A stretch of 64,000 nt of DNA, from assembly GCA_036170915.1 (NCBI GenBank), contig JAVHQC010000033.1, positions 192,001-256,000 of the forward strand, read 5' to 3'. Below the pieces are notes generated by a model. It did no database searches, was not told the DNA's origin, and was given only the letters and a program-made list of their open reading frames with translations. This document shows positions 25,929 through 35,927 of the stretch, in pieces. The position numbers and the translations under genes are program-made. The stretch's first letter is position 1, and every line of letters starts with the position of its first letter. This DNA comes from Cyanobacteria bacterium auto_48_18 (lineage in GTDB: Bacteria; Cyanobacteriota; Vampirovibrionia; Obscuribacterales; Obscuribacteraceae).

Positions 25929-26617
25929 TCATGAAAAAGAAGACAATCAACTATTTGTTATTGCTAGTGGCCTTGAGCTGCAACTCCTATACTCCTGATG
26001 CGCACGCGGCCGGGTCTGTGCTAAAGGGCGGAGTGCGTTTAGAGAATGGTTCTACCAGATTAGCTAGACCATCAGGCAATAGTGCTCCCACGCTTTCTAC
26101 CGCTGACGCCGCGCCGCCGGTTGCTCCTCAGCGTAATACCAGCCTCTTTGCCTCTGCACAGGGTTCAGGTTTAATCGACAAAACTGCTTTTACCGCTCTT
26201 CCTGCTGGGCCACTCAGTGGCGCTGCGCAAGCGCAAAATAACAAGTTCGACATTGGTGCCGAGCGCAATTCCAAACAACTGACTTTAGCCTGGGAAGCAT
26301 GGCACAAACAGCTTTCGTCAGAAATTTATGCTCGCTGGCAAGAAGTGGCGATGATTAGAGGCCGCGCCAGTATGAGGGTTACAGTCACTCGTGATCACCA
26401 TGTGATTGCACAGTTAACTTCGCCGTCGGGTAATCATCGTTTTGACAGAACGTTGCTCGATGTTGTGAACAGTTTAGATGGTAATCCTGGTCTGAATTTT
26501 CCTACCGGTTCGCAGCGTCCGCAAGTTTCTTTTGAAGCCGACTATATAGCCGATACCAACGTCAAGGGTGGCTACAGCTGGACCAAAAACGACTACGAAA
26601 CAGTGCAAGATCGCTAA
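25925..26617 (+). CDS. Secreted TonB/TolA C-terminal-domain-like protein
   Basis: Signal peptide and W...IYARW...VTVTRD....SPSGNHRFDRTLLDVV....FP, a TonB_C-like pattern. Confidence 0.6.
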   Translation: MIMKKKTINYLLLLVALSCNSYTPDAHAAGSVLKGGVRLENGSTRLARPSGNSAPTLSTADAAPPVAPQRNTSLFASAQGSGLIDKTAFTALPAGPLSGAAQAQNNKFDIGAERNSKQLTLAWEAWHKQLSSEIYARWQEVAMIRGRASMRVTVTRDHHVIAQLTSPSGNHRFDRTLLDVVNSLDGNPGLNFPTGSQRPQVSFEADYIADTNVKGGYSWTKNDYETVQDR

Positions 26618-26642
26618 GGCGCAAGCCAGTTAAATGTGCTTT

Positions 26643-28256
26643 TTAGGGCGATTTCGGTAAAAGATCATGATAGAGCACAACTGGTGTATCGCCCTGCAAA
26701 GCGTTGGCTTTAGCTGCTTCTGCCGCTGATAACAGAAGACCCAATTCGAGGAAGTCTTCTGGTACGCAAGCAGCACCAAAAGAAAGAGCCAGGGTGCGTT
26801 CGTCTACGCCTGTAGAGAGCGGTGACTTCATCAAAGAAGTAATCAATCGTTTGGCAAACACTCTGGCACCTTCACGATTAGTGTCAGGGCAGAGCAAAGC
26901 GTAATCGAAAGCTTCATAGTGTGCGAGCAAATCGTTGTGACGTTTAGCCTGAGAGATGCGCAGCACAGCTTCGCGCAAAGCACCAATGGGCAACGGTTCG
27001 CGAATAGATCCGTTAGGGCCGCTTTTGACGCGCATCTCAAAAACAATCACTGAAACCGGTCTGCCTGAGCGGTGACCGCGGAAATATTCTTGCTCGAGAA
27101 AATAGAGAAAAGCGGGAAAATTGAACATGCCGGTGTCGCCGCGGCGCAACTGCATAATTACAGATTGAATAGCAGCGCTGTCCACAGTTTTTGGTTCAAG
27201 CGCCGGCAGACTTTGATTGCCTTTTTTGGCCGGTTTAGTAAAAGCAGCCAGACCGCAACTGAGCATATTGCAAACAATTGGCACCCAGAGACTTCTGGCA
27301 TAACCCAATTTGGCTACGATTTCATCAGTGCTGAGTTTGTCGTCGATGGCGTCATAAAAACGCCTTTGCGCTACGAAATCTACAGGGATAGCTGGTTTCA
27401 GCAGCTTACGCAGTTCACCTTCGTCAACAATGCGTTGAGTTTTCACCATCACAGCGTCTGATTTGAATCCGCTGTTTTTGAGAAAATTCTGTTTGTCGAA
27501 AATCTGCGCGCCTTGAATAATCAAAGAGTCGAGTGGCTCGCTGATGGTTTTGTGCTTGGTCATTACCTTAGGCTGGAAGAAAAAGCGGCCGTCCTTCCAT
27601 GTAATTAACTCGTAGATGCATTCAGACCCTTTGGCTATGGGACTGGTGGCGTGAATAGGCTGACCATCAATGAAAAATACTTCGGCGGCACCAACATCAC
27701 TTTGAATTTCCAATCGGCCGGTCATTTTTGCCAGAGCAATAGACTGCAGCAACGCACCAATTTGCACAAAGGCCAGGTCACCATTAAGAACGGTACCGCT
27801 GGTGCGATTGAGTGGATTGTCGCCACCCACCGCAGGAATTGGAATAGTGGCTCTTTGCTTAGTCAGGGCATCGGGAATATAGAAGAATGCTTTTTCTTCT
27901 GCCTGTTCTTCTTGCGTGGCTGCTTGCGCGGTGACATGCTGCGTACCTTCGCGATCATTCAAGCTGGCTTCAATGCGATTGAAAACCAGAAGCGAATCGC
28001 AGCTGGTGAATTCCCAGAGCAATGCAGCTTGCCCGGCATTAGATGCAATCAACTTCCACTGCGGGTCGCCGCCCATAGGGTCGGCGTGAGCTGTGAGTTT
28101 GTACTCAGCACCTCTTGCGGCAGCGGGCCAAATCACTTCAACTTGCTTATCGAGATTCTCCAGAGCCCACGTGAGGATCTGGTGAATCGCCGTGGCGGTC
28201 GGATTGCCAGGCAGAATTTGAATTGACTTGGCCGCGTATTGCTTTTCTTTCTGCAT
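26643..28256 (-). CDS. DUF4388 (PatA-N-like) plus degenerate GGDEF-domain protein
   Basis: LNGDLAFVQIGALLQSIALAKMTGRLEI...FFIDGQPIHA...WKDGRFFF. C-terminal DTGMFN..EQEYFR..SVIVFE..RHNDLLAHYEAFDYALL..LSFGAA is a GGDEF fold without the GGDEF motif. Confidence 0.7.
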   Translation of the reverse strand: MQKEKQYAAKSIQILPGNPTATAIHQILTWALENLDKQVEVIWPAAARGAEYKLTAHADPMGGDPQWKLIASNAGQAALLWEFTSCDSLLVFNRIEASLNDREGTQHVTAQAATQEEQAEEKAFFYIPDALTKQRATIPIPAVGGDNPLNRTSGTVLNGDLAFVQIGALLQSIALAKMTGRLEIQSDVGAAEVFFIDGQPIHATSPIAKGSECIYELITWKDGRFFFQPKVMTKHKTISEPLDSLIIQGAQIFDKQNFLKNSGFKSDAVMVKTQRIVDEGELRKLLKPAIPVDFVAQRRFYDAIDDKLSTDEIVAKLGYARSLWVPIVCNMLSCGLAAFTKPAKKGNQSLPALEPKTVDSAAIQSVIMQLRRGDTGMFNFPAFLYFLEQEYFRGHRSGRPVSVIVFEMRVKSGPNGSIREPLPIGALREAVLRISQAKRHNDLLAHYEAFDYALLCPDTNREGARVFAKRLITSLMKSPLSTGVDERTLALSFGAACVPEDFLELGLLLSAAEAAKANALQGDTPVVLYHDLLPKSP

Positions 28257-28287
28257 TAAATGGCTGCTTAACCTGAATTATACGGTC

Positions 28288-29475
28288 TTAGACTGTCGAT
28301 TTAGCCATGTCGTAGGTGATGGAATGTTTGGCCATGCGGTCAAAAGCTTCTGCAAGGCGAACCTTATCGACGCTCAAGGCGATGCGAACAAATCCTTCTC
28401 CGTTAGGTCCGTAAGCTGTGCCAGGCGGAACTACGATTCCCGCTTTCTCCAGCATAACAGTACTGAAGTCAGCGGAGCTCATTCCAGCTGGCGTCGGCAG
28501 CCAAATATAGAATGTGCCTTTGATCGGTTTGAGACTCCAACCCAGCTGATTAAGCCGTTCTACAGCCAGATCGCGTCTTTCAACATAGAGACTATTGCAA
28601 TATTGAATGTGGTCGGTTGGTCCTTCAAATCCGGCGATGGCCGCAAACTGAATGGCACGGAAAATATCAGTGTCAATATTCGACTTAATTTTGGCGATGG
28701 ATTTAATCGCTTCGGCATTGCCTACAGCAAAACCAATTCTCCAGCCAGTCATGTTGTAGCTTTTGGAAAGTGAATGTAGTTCGATGGCGATGTCTTTGGC
28801 GCCTTTGACTTGCAGTATCGACGGCGCTTTGTAGCCGTCAAAAGTCATTTCAGAATAAGCCTGGTCGTGGACAAGTAAGATGTCGTGCTTCTTGCAGAAG
28901 GCCACGGCTTTTTCGAAGAAGGCCATGTCGCAAACTGCGCCGGTAGGGTTGTTTGGATAGTTGAACATCAAAAGCTTAGCTTTTTTCAGCACCGCATCTG
29001 GTATCGCATCAAGATCGGGAATGAAATTGTTTGCTGGCGTAAGCGGCATAAAGTATGGCTCACCGCCTGCCAGAATAGTGGAGGTGCGATAAACAGGATA
29101 AGCCGGATCAGGAATGATGTTGACGTCACCTGAATCGACGAAAGCCATGATTGTGTTATGCAAGCCTTCTTTAGTGCCGATCATAGATGTGATCTCACTG
29201 GCCGGATCAATATCGATATTGAAGCGCTTCTTCAGCCACGTGCAGGCAGCAGTCTTAAATTCTTTGGTGCCGCCAAAGGGTGGATAGTGGTGGTTGATCG
29301 GTTTTTCCAACGCTTCGTGCATAGCGTCGACAATGTGACGCGGTGTCGGTTGGTCAGGGTCGCCTATGCCAAGGTTGATTACGTCTACGCCGGCTTCAAC
29401 AGCGGCCAGGCGCTTTTTGTCCATTTCGGCAAAGACATAAGGTGGAATTGACTTGAGCCTGCGAGAAACTTCCAT
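28288..29475 (-). CDS. dapL: LL-diaminopimelate aminotransferase (class I/II PLP aminotransferase)
   Basis: RLKSIPPYVFAE, INLGIGDPD, NYPNNPTGA, SLSKSYNMTGWRIG. Start moved to ATG 29475. Confidence 0.75.
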   Translation of the reverse strand: MEVSRRLKSIPPYVFAEMDKKRLAAVEAGVDVINLGIGDPDQPTPRHIVDAMHEALEKPINHHYPPFGGTKEFKTAACTWLKKRFNIDIDPASEITSMIGTKEGLHNTIMAFVDSGDVNIIPDPAYPVYRTSTILAGGEPYFMPLTPANNFIPDLDAIPDAVLKKAKLLMFNYPNNPTGAVCDMAFFEKAVAFCKKHDILLVHDQAYSEMTFDGYKAPSILQVKGAKDIAIELHSLSKSYNMTGWRIGFAVGNAEAIKSIAKIKSNIDTDIFRAIQFAAIAGFEGPTDHIQYCNSLYVERRDLAVERLNQLGWSLKPIKGTFYIWLPTPAGMSSADFSTVMLEKAGIVVPPGTAYGPNGEGFVRIALSVDKVRLAEAFDRMAKHSITYDMAKSTV

Positions 29476-29740
29476 TGATTTAGACCTTGGTTGATAGTGA
29501 TTTGATTGTGGGTATCGTTCTGATAACCAATCTGAGAGGGCATTTGCCATCAGACATTACCATAGCTTCACATATTCTTGGCCCAGCAGTTTGATTAGTA
29601 AGCATAGTTAACGTTCTTCTTAATATGGGCGTGCCCCTGCGGCTTTCCAGAGAGATAACGCTTAACGCCAGAGATGACAAGCGCCCGCCTCTCACTATAA
29701 TGCTGCAAGTACTGATCTGACGAGGTTACCTGACAGGCAC

Positions 29741-31498
29741 ATGCCGGCCGAAAGCAATACTGTTGAGTCGTGGAAGCTGAATAAAAACGTTCTGTTTGGC
29801 CTCGCTTTTGTAGTCTTAATCGCCTCTGTGGTGTTTTTCAAAGACCTCGGCTCGGTGCCGCTGTTCAATCCTGACGAAGCGCTTTACGCCGAGCCGGCGC
29901 GCGAAATGCTTGTAACCGGCGAATACATAACCACTTTGCTCAATTATGTTGTGCGTTTCACCAAGCCGCCGCTGTGTATTTGGGCCATGGCCGGCTGCTT
30001 TCAGCTCTTCGGAGTGAACGAGTTCGCCGCCCGTTTCTTCGGCGCTGCCTGCGGCGTGGTTTTAATTGCCGTCACATATCTAGCCGCTGCCAGATATATA
30101 TCTTTGCGCGCCGCATTAGTTGGCGCTTTGACTTTAGCCAGCGCGCCGCTTTTTGTCTTCACCGGACGCGAAGCAATCACCGACATGCCACTTTCGCTGT
30201 TTGGTGCTGGCACACAGCTGGCATTCTTTCACGCCAGTCAATCTAAATTTAGTTGTCGCGGTGCCATCTATCTAGGATACGTGCTGATTGGACTGGCCGT
30301 GATGACGAAAGGTCCGGTGGGCCTGGTTTTGCCCGTTGCGATTTTGTTCGCCTGGCATTTCCTCAAAGGCGATCTCTGGGCGGCATTTAAAAGTTATCGA
30401 CCATTAACAGGAGCGGCCATTGTCGCCGCCATTTCACTACCATGGTTTATCACTGAAATAGTTGTTACTCACGGCGCTTATTTTCAAGAATTTATTATCA
30501 GGGAAAATTTTCAGCGATTTACGGCCGTGGTAGATAATCATAAGCAACCAGTTTATTATCATTTGGTGGCCATGGCCGGGGGGTTCTTTCCCTGGACTGT
30601 TTATTTGCCACAGGCTCTGCTAGCGGCTCTGCTGCCGTTTTTCAGCGCACTCAAGCCTGTCGCCGTCGAGAAGACGAATGCCACCAGTGGCAGTGCACTA
30701 GTGAATTGTGTCAATTTTCTCAAAAGTCGTATGAGGCAATCGCAACTTTACCTTGCTGCAGTAAGCGATGGTGGCAGCCTGGCAATGTATTGCATTTTGT
30801 GGGCGACAATTACACTCGTGTTTTACAGTGCCTCGGTGTCTAAACTGTTAGCCTATACGCTGCCTGCTTTTCCCGCTCTCGCCATTGTGGTTGCCTGGGA
30901 GATGGAGCGTTGTTTCGTTCGTCAGGAACACGGCTTCAAACGCCTGGCCCTGCCGCTTATATTTGTGGTGCTGGCCTATGGGGCTGCCAGCGCAGTGGCA
31001 CCTGTAGTGGCACAAAAAGTGCGAGACGCTCCGGCTAGTATTGCTGGCCTTATTTCAGCTTATACCGCGATTCAAGTGGCTCTGGTCTTGGTCAGCCTAA
31101 TAGTGATGCGCACCCGCAAGCTTTTTGCTGGTGCACTTCTTTTAGCAGCGGGCAGCGCTCTGCTTTTGAGCATTCACATGGGTCGCGTGCTACCTGTGCT
31201 CTCAGCCAAACTCGAAGGACCTCTACCCAAGTATTCTTATTTTGCCGGGCAATCAAAAGATCCAATTCTTGTCTTTGACATGCGCAAACCCGGCGTGCCT
31301 TTCTATGCTCTACGTCAGGTAGAAAATGTCAATGGTCTTGATGCTCTCAACGCGCGTCTGAAGCAAATACCACAGGCTTACATTTTGTCTAAAGCTAATA
31401 AACTGGCCGCATTGAAAGAGTTGCCGGGTATGAAAGTTATCGCTTCTGAAGGCGATTATGCCATGGTGCAATTTGCAAAAGCTGACGCTGCGCCCTGA
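29741..31498 (+). CDS. ArnT/PMT-family membrane glycosyltransferase
   Basis: PDEALYAEPAREM, KPPL, EFAARF, TKGPVG, multiple TM helices, YTLPAFPALA. Confidence 0.85.
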   Translation: MPAESNTVESWKLNKNVLFGLAFVVLIASVVFFKDLGSVPLFNPDEALYAEPAREMLVTGEYITTLLNYVVRFTKPPLCIWAMAGCFQLFGVNEFAARFFGAACGVVLIAVTYLAAARYISLRAALVGALTLASAPLFVFTGREAITDMPLSLFGAGTQLAFFHASQSKFSCRGAIYLGYVLIGLAVMTKGPVGLVLPVAILFAWHFLKGDLWAAFKSYRPLTGAAIVAAISLPWFITEIVVTHGAYFQEFIIRENFQRFTAVVDNHKQPVYYHLVAMAGGFFPWTVYLPQALLAALLPFFSALKPVAVEKTNATSGSALVNCVNFLKSRMRQSQLYLAAVSDGGSLAMYCILWATITLVFYSASVSKLLAYTLPAFPALAIVVAWEMERCFVRQEHGFKRLALPLIFVVLAYGAASAVAPVVAQKVRDAPASIAGLISAYTAIQVALVLVSLIVMRTRKLFAGALLLAAGSALLLSIHMGRVLPVLSAKLEGPLPKYSYFAGQSKDPILVFDMRKPGVPFYALRQVENVNGLDALNARLKQIPQAYILSKANKLAALKELPGMKVIASEGDYAMVQFAKADAAP

Positions 31499-31526
31499 TA
31501 AAATCGTCTACTGATAAGTTCGTCCA

Positions 31527-32735
31527 CTAAACCGCTTGCCCCGCCGCATAACCTGATGCCCAGGCCCACTGAAAATTGTATCCACCTAGCATTCCTGTGA
31601 CGTCTACCACCTCGCCGATAAAATAGAGCCCTGGAGATTTCTTCGATTCCATCGTTTGGGATGAAAGTTCGCTGGTGTCTACACCACCTCTTGTTACTTC
31701 TGCTTTTTTATAGCCAACTGTGCGAGCCGGAGCCAACTGCCAGCCATGAATATTACTTGCCAGGTCAGCAATTTTTTTATCCGCCATGGTATTTATTGGA
31801 CCGTAAATGTCTAAATGGTGCGTAAAATATTCGGCAAAACGCTTGGGCAAAATTTCGGCCAGCACGTTTTTTATTTCCTGTTTAGAGCCGCCTTTTTTTA
31901 CTCTGCTTAAAAAGTCACTGGCATTTTGATCAGGTAAAAGGTCAATAGAGAGCTTGTCTCCTTGATTCCAGTAAAGTGAAATTTGCAGGCTGGCTGGCCC
32001 GCTTAGGCCAGTGTGAGTAAACAAAATATTTTCTCTAAAGCTGGCTTTTTTGCATGAGACCACAGTATCTAAACTGAGTCCAGATAGATCGGTAAAGCGT
32101 GCCAGATCAGAATCTCCCCAACTAAAACCATCGAGTGCCGGAGCGGTGGGCACAATTTTTAGACCAAACTGTCGGGCAATTTCGTAACCAAATCCGGTGG
32201 CACCAATTTGGGGAATGGAAAGACCACCCGAAGCGATTACCAGTGATTCGCAGGTGAAGTGGCCTGACGAAGTGTCGATGTTATAACGCTTGTCTTTGTG
32301 GCCCTGTTCATATGGACCAATCGAATTAATTGTAGTGTTCATCAAAAATCTACAGTCGCCTTCATCGCATTCTTTTATAAGCATGTCGACTATTTCTTCG
32401 GCTGAATGATCGCAGAATAATTGCCCAAGCTTTTTTTCGTGATAGCGGATGCGGTGCTTTTCTACAAGCTTGATAAAATCGCCCGGCGTATAGCGAGAAA
32501 GGGCCGATTTAGCAAAATGCGGATTTTTACTGACAAAACATTCTGGTCTGGCACCCACATTGGTAAAGTTGCAGCGGCCGCCACCTGATATGAGAATCTT
32601 GCGGCCGATTTTTTCGCTATGGTCGATAAGCAATACGCTGCGGCCGAGTTTACCCGCAACGCTGCCGCACATCATGCCCGCGCCACCGGCGCCGATGATG
32701 ACCACGTCATAATGTTGTGAATTCTTAGCTGTCAA
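31527..32735 (-). CDS. HI0933/YhiN (BaiN)-family NAD(P)/FAD-dependent oxidoreductase
   Basis: IIGAGGAG, GRKILISGGGRCNFTN, FTHTGLSGP, AEVTRGGV, GGYNFQWAWASG. Confidence 0.92.
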   Translation of the reverse strand: MTAKNSQHYDVVIIGAGGAGMMCGSVAGKLGRSVLLIDHSEKIGRKILISGGGRCNFTNVGARPECFVSKNPHFAKSALSRYTPGDFIKLVEKHRIRYHEKKLGQLFCDHSAEEIVDMLIKECDEGDCRFLMNTTINSIGPYEQGHKDKRYNIDTSSGHFTCESLVIASGGLSIPQIGATGFGYEIARQFGLKIVPTAPALDGFSWGDSDLARFTDLSGLSLDTVVSCKKASFRENILFTHTGLSGPASLQISLYWNQGDKLSIDLLPDQNASDFLSRVKKGGSKQEIKNVLAEILPKRFAEYFTHHLDIYGPINTMADKKIADLASNIHGWQLAPARTVGYKKAEVTRGGVDTSELSSQTMESKKSPGLYFIGEVVDVTGMLGGYNFQWAWASGYAAGQAV

Positions 32736-32783
32736 TTATTTACCATATGCTTTCTGCCGCCGCTTCGGTTAATATTCTAGGCT

Positions 32784-33173
32784 ATGAACAACTTAAACAC
32801 CGAATTTCAAGGAGCCGAGCTCAAAGCGGCAGAGAGTTCTTTGCACAGCTTTGGCCTCACTTTCGCTAACGGCAAAGGCCTTTTGCTCAATGCCACTTTA
32901 GAGGAAGGCGACAGTGCAATGAATTTGGCAGATGAACTGACAATTGCCACCGAAGTTAAACCAGCTGAGGCCATGCCCAAATTGGCTGAAGCCGTTTGCT
33001 CAGTAGATTGGAGTTGGATTTACGGCTCAAAGTTTGTCTCGATTACAAAACAAACGGGGCCACGCGGAGCCGCCGTGGTAATCAAACTTGATCCTATTGG
33101 CCCAATCACAGTCAGTGTGGGCGCCTGGGAGGGCAAACCGTTTCTTTCCTTTATGCCTTACAAAAAGCCCTGA
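32784..33173 (+). CDS. Hypothetical protein
   Basis: Intergenic 129-aa ORF with plausible composition and no recognised motif. Confidence 0.6.
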   Translation: MNNLNTEFQGAELKAAESSLHSFGLTFANGKGLLLNATLEEGDSAMNLADELTIATEVKPAEAMPKLAEAVCSVDWSWIYGSKFVSITKQTGPRGAAVVIKLDPIGPITVSVGAWEGKPFLSFMPYKKP

Positions 33174-33179
33174 TCTAAA

Positions 33180-33959
33180 TTAGGGCAGCAAATTGGTTAA
33201 TCCCTTAGCCGTCAAATATTGGATGAACAGCTCTTTCAAATCCTTTCCGTCTTTGCTATCTACGTCGGCATAAGCTTTAGAGCGTTTGATGCGCGCCTCA
33301 TTGTCTTGTTGATAAACGGCAGTGCCATCAGAGTCGAAAGTTTTGGTGGAGGCAGAGAGCTTTATAACGCCGTCCTGCACGGGCTTATAGCCGGTAATGC
33401 TTTCTTGTTGGAAAGATTGTGCCACGCGGCCGCTTAAATTGCTGACCCGCACCACAGTAACCACACTGCGAAACTGCACTTGTTTTTCATTGGCCACTAA
33501 AAAGTCTTTCTCTTTCACTTCATGAAAGTCTTGAGTGGTGGCCATGCGAGTTTTGGAAGTGTAAGGCACACCGATATAGTGCCAGATGTTGCCCTGACGG
33601 TCTTTCTGATTGCCGTAAGTAAATTCTTGAGTGGTCATAAAAGTCATAGGGTGGCGGTCAACTTGACCGGTTTTGAAATCGTGGCGCAGTACGGCCGTCT
33701 CTTCATGCACAATCCACGTGCCTGCAAGCCACTGTGGTATCTGCACCCAGTTATTGGCAGGCTCGAAATCATTGACTCCGACGCGATATTTTGCCCCTTT
33801 GCGCGCCGCACTTTCTACTTTTGGCAAAGCTTCCTGGTGCTCAATTTTGCCTTCAATGGTGTAGGCAAGGGCTGAAAGAGTTAGTAAATCAGACGACATG
33901 ACTAAAATCTGCAATGCGGCCAGCAGATAGAAAGAAATTTTTGAAAGCCTATTAAGCAA
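33180..33959 (-). CDS. Hypothetical secreted protein
   Basis: A signal-peptide-like segment follows TTG 33959, 2 nt after the upstream small ORF stop. Contains W..IPQWLAGTW. Confidence 0.6.
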   Translation of the reverse strand: MLNRLSKISFYLLAALQILVMSSDLLTLSALAYTIEGKIEHQEALPKVESAARKGAKYRVGVNDFEPANNWVQIPQWLAGTWIVHEETAVLRHDFKTGQVDRHPMTFMTTQEFTYGNQKDRQGNIWHYIGVPYTSKTRMATTQDFHEVKEKDFLVANEKQVQFRSVVTVVRVSNLSGRVAQSFQQESITGYKPVQDGVIKLSASTKTFDSDGTAVYQQDNEARIKRSKAYADVDSKDGKDLKELFIQYLTAKGLTNLLP

Positions 33960-33961
33960 GT

Positions 33962-34162
33962 CTATGCCCCAGCTGCCTTGGCTTTGAGCCTTTTTTTCAA
34001 TTGCGCGATAGAAAATGGATAAGGACACCATCCGGCTCCGTCAACCGGGCAACTGGCCAGGGGGTCGGCCTGTTTGGCTTTTTTGCTAGTTTTGCGGTTT
34101 GGGCTTGGTTTGCTAGTTGCCGTTGTTCGTTTGCTGGCTGTTTCTGAAGCTTTGCTTTTCAT
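33962..34162 (-). CDS. Small basic protein with a CPxDGxGWCPYPF motif
   Basis: 66 aa, Lys-rich, with AAGAGG upstream. Abuts the downstream gene start. Confidence 0.5.
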   Translation of the reverse strand: MKSKASETASKRTTATSKPSPNRKTSKKAKQADPLASCPVDGAGWCPYPFSIAQLKKRLKAKAAGA

Positions 34163-34253
34163 CTGTCGTCGCCTCTTACTGCTCCCAATTACTGTTCTAC
34201 CACTAATAGGCTACTATTGTGCGTTGCTATTCGGTTCTCACGAGGCTTAATCT

Positions 34254-35813
34254 ATGTCAGAGCAGTCAGGCGCGCCATCTTCGAATGTTGATGCGGGTCA
34301 TTTGCTGATTGAGCATAATGATGGAAGAGTGGAGCTGGCCGATGACAGTTTGATTAAAACCAGCCCGTTTTACAATCATGACCTGGCGCCGGTAAAAGTT
34401 GCCGCGCGCAACTGGTCGACCTATAACTACGTGGCTCTCTGGTTCGCCATGTCCGCTTGTATTCCGACCTATATGATGTCGTCTGGGCTAATTGCATCCG
34501 GTATGAATGCCGGTCAGGCAATTTTTACTATCTTGCTCGGCAACACCATTGTGCTCGTGCCAATATTGCTCAACTCACACCCTGGCACCAAATACGGTAT
34601 TCCCTTTCCCGTATTTGCCCGTGCTGCATACGGCACCATGGGTTCTAATCTTCCCGCTTTGATGCGCGCTCTGGTCGCTTGTGGATGGTTCGGCATTCAA
34701 GCCTGGATTGGTGGTCAAGCTTTCGACACCATGTTCAATGCTTTATGCACTGCCATTAGTGGTGGTGCTGTGAACTGGCATACTTTGTTGGGTGGGCCAT
34801 ACTTTGACTACACAGGTACCGAGTGGCTGTCATTCTTACTCTTCTGGTGCCTCAACATTTTAATTGTTTTTCGCGGCATGGATGTATTGAAAAAAGTAGA
34901 AAGCCTGGCCGCTCCATTTGTACTGGTGATGACTTTCGCCTTGCTTTGCTGGTCGGTGAGCCGTGCACACGGCATAGGCGATCTCTTGCATGAGAAAAGC
35001 AAGTTTGCCACCATGGCAGATTTTTGGAAAGTATTTATTCCATCGCTCACAGCCATGATCGGATTTTGGGCCACGCTTTCGCTCAACATGCCTGACTTTA
35101 CTCGCTTTGGTCGCTCGCAAAAAGAACAGACAACAGGCCAGATTATTGCTTTGCCCACTGCCATGGCGATTTTTTCTTCTATGGGAGTGGTAATCACATC
35201 TGCCGCTGTGGCGATTTTTCCCGCTGTGGCCATGGATCAGCTCTGGGACCCGGTTAAGCTTATCGGCCGCCTTGGCCAAGACCAGCCTTTTGTGGTAGCT
35301 ATCGCCATGTTCACTGTGGCCCTGGCAACACTATCAGTGAACGTGGCAGCCAATGTTGTGTCGCCAGCCAATGATTTTGCTAACGCTTTTCCGCGGTTGA
35401 TTACATTCAAAATGGGTGGGTTGATTACTGGCCTGGTGGGTCTATTGATGCAGCCCTGGCGCTTAATTGCCGACCCCAGTGGTTACATTTTTGTCTGGTT
35501 GCAGGGATATTCTGGTGGCCTTGGCTCTATTGCCGGAGTATTGATTGCCGATTACTGGATTATTCGCAAAACCAAACTTGATTTAGCCGATCTTTATTTG
35601 ACTGATGGATCTTACACATATACATCTGGATGGAATTTCAAAGCTGTAGTGGCCACGATTGTTGGTTGCGCCTGCGCCTGGATTGGGGCAGTGCTTCCGG
35701 CATTCAAGGCTTTGTACGATTACGGCTGGTTTGTCGGCTTCTTCACGTCGCTTGTGGTATACGTTGCATTGATGAGCCTGGGCAAAAAGGTGCGCCTTGC
35801 ATCGCTTCGTTGA
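34254..35813 (+). CDS. NCS1 family nucleobase:cation symporter (allantoin/uracil/hydantoin permease)
   Basis: NHDLAPV, KYGIPFPVFARAAYG, CGWFGIQAWIGG, FWATLSLNMPDFTRF, NVAANVVSPA. Confidence 0.92.
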   Translation: MSEQSGAPSSNVDAGHLLIEHNDGRVELADDSLIKTSPFYNHDLAPVKVAARNWSTYNYVALWFAMSACIPTYMMSSGLIASGMNAGQAIFTILLGNTIVLVPILLNSHPGTKYGIPFPVFARAAYGTMGSNLPALMRALVACGWFGIQAWIGGQAFDTMFNALCTAISGGAVNWHTLLGGPYFDYTGTEWLSFLLFWCLNILIVFRGMDVLKKVESLAAPFVLVMTFALLCWSVSRAHGIGDLLHEKSKFATMADFWKVFIPSLTAMIGFWATLSLNMPDFTRFGRSQKEQTTGQIIALPTAMAIFSSMGVVITSAAVAIFPAVAMDQLWDPVKLIGRLGQDQPFVVAIAMFTVALATLSVNVAANVVSPANDFANAFPRLITFKMGGLITGLVGLLMQPWRLIADPSGYIFVWLQGYSGGLGSIAGVLIADYWIIRKTKLDLADLYLTDGSYTYTSGWNFKAVVATIVGCACAWIGAVLPAFKALYDYGWFVGFFTSLVVYVALMSLGKKVRLASLR

Positions 35814-35927
35814 GTCTAGTCCAAACTCTAATGCTTCACCAGGCACGAACAGTCAATAAACTGTTTTCTGGCTTCTTTTGTGGCCCGGCATTGGCGATAA
35901 CCTGATGATATGCAATCAGGAGGCTGT

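Noticed and set aside
29476..29700. Lysine riboswitch upstream of dapL
   Set aside because: Only a loose AGAGG-like start is present. I could not find the conserved helices or 3' motif, so an Rfam/Infernal scan would be needed.
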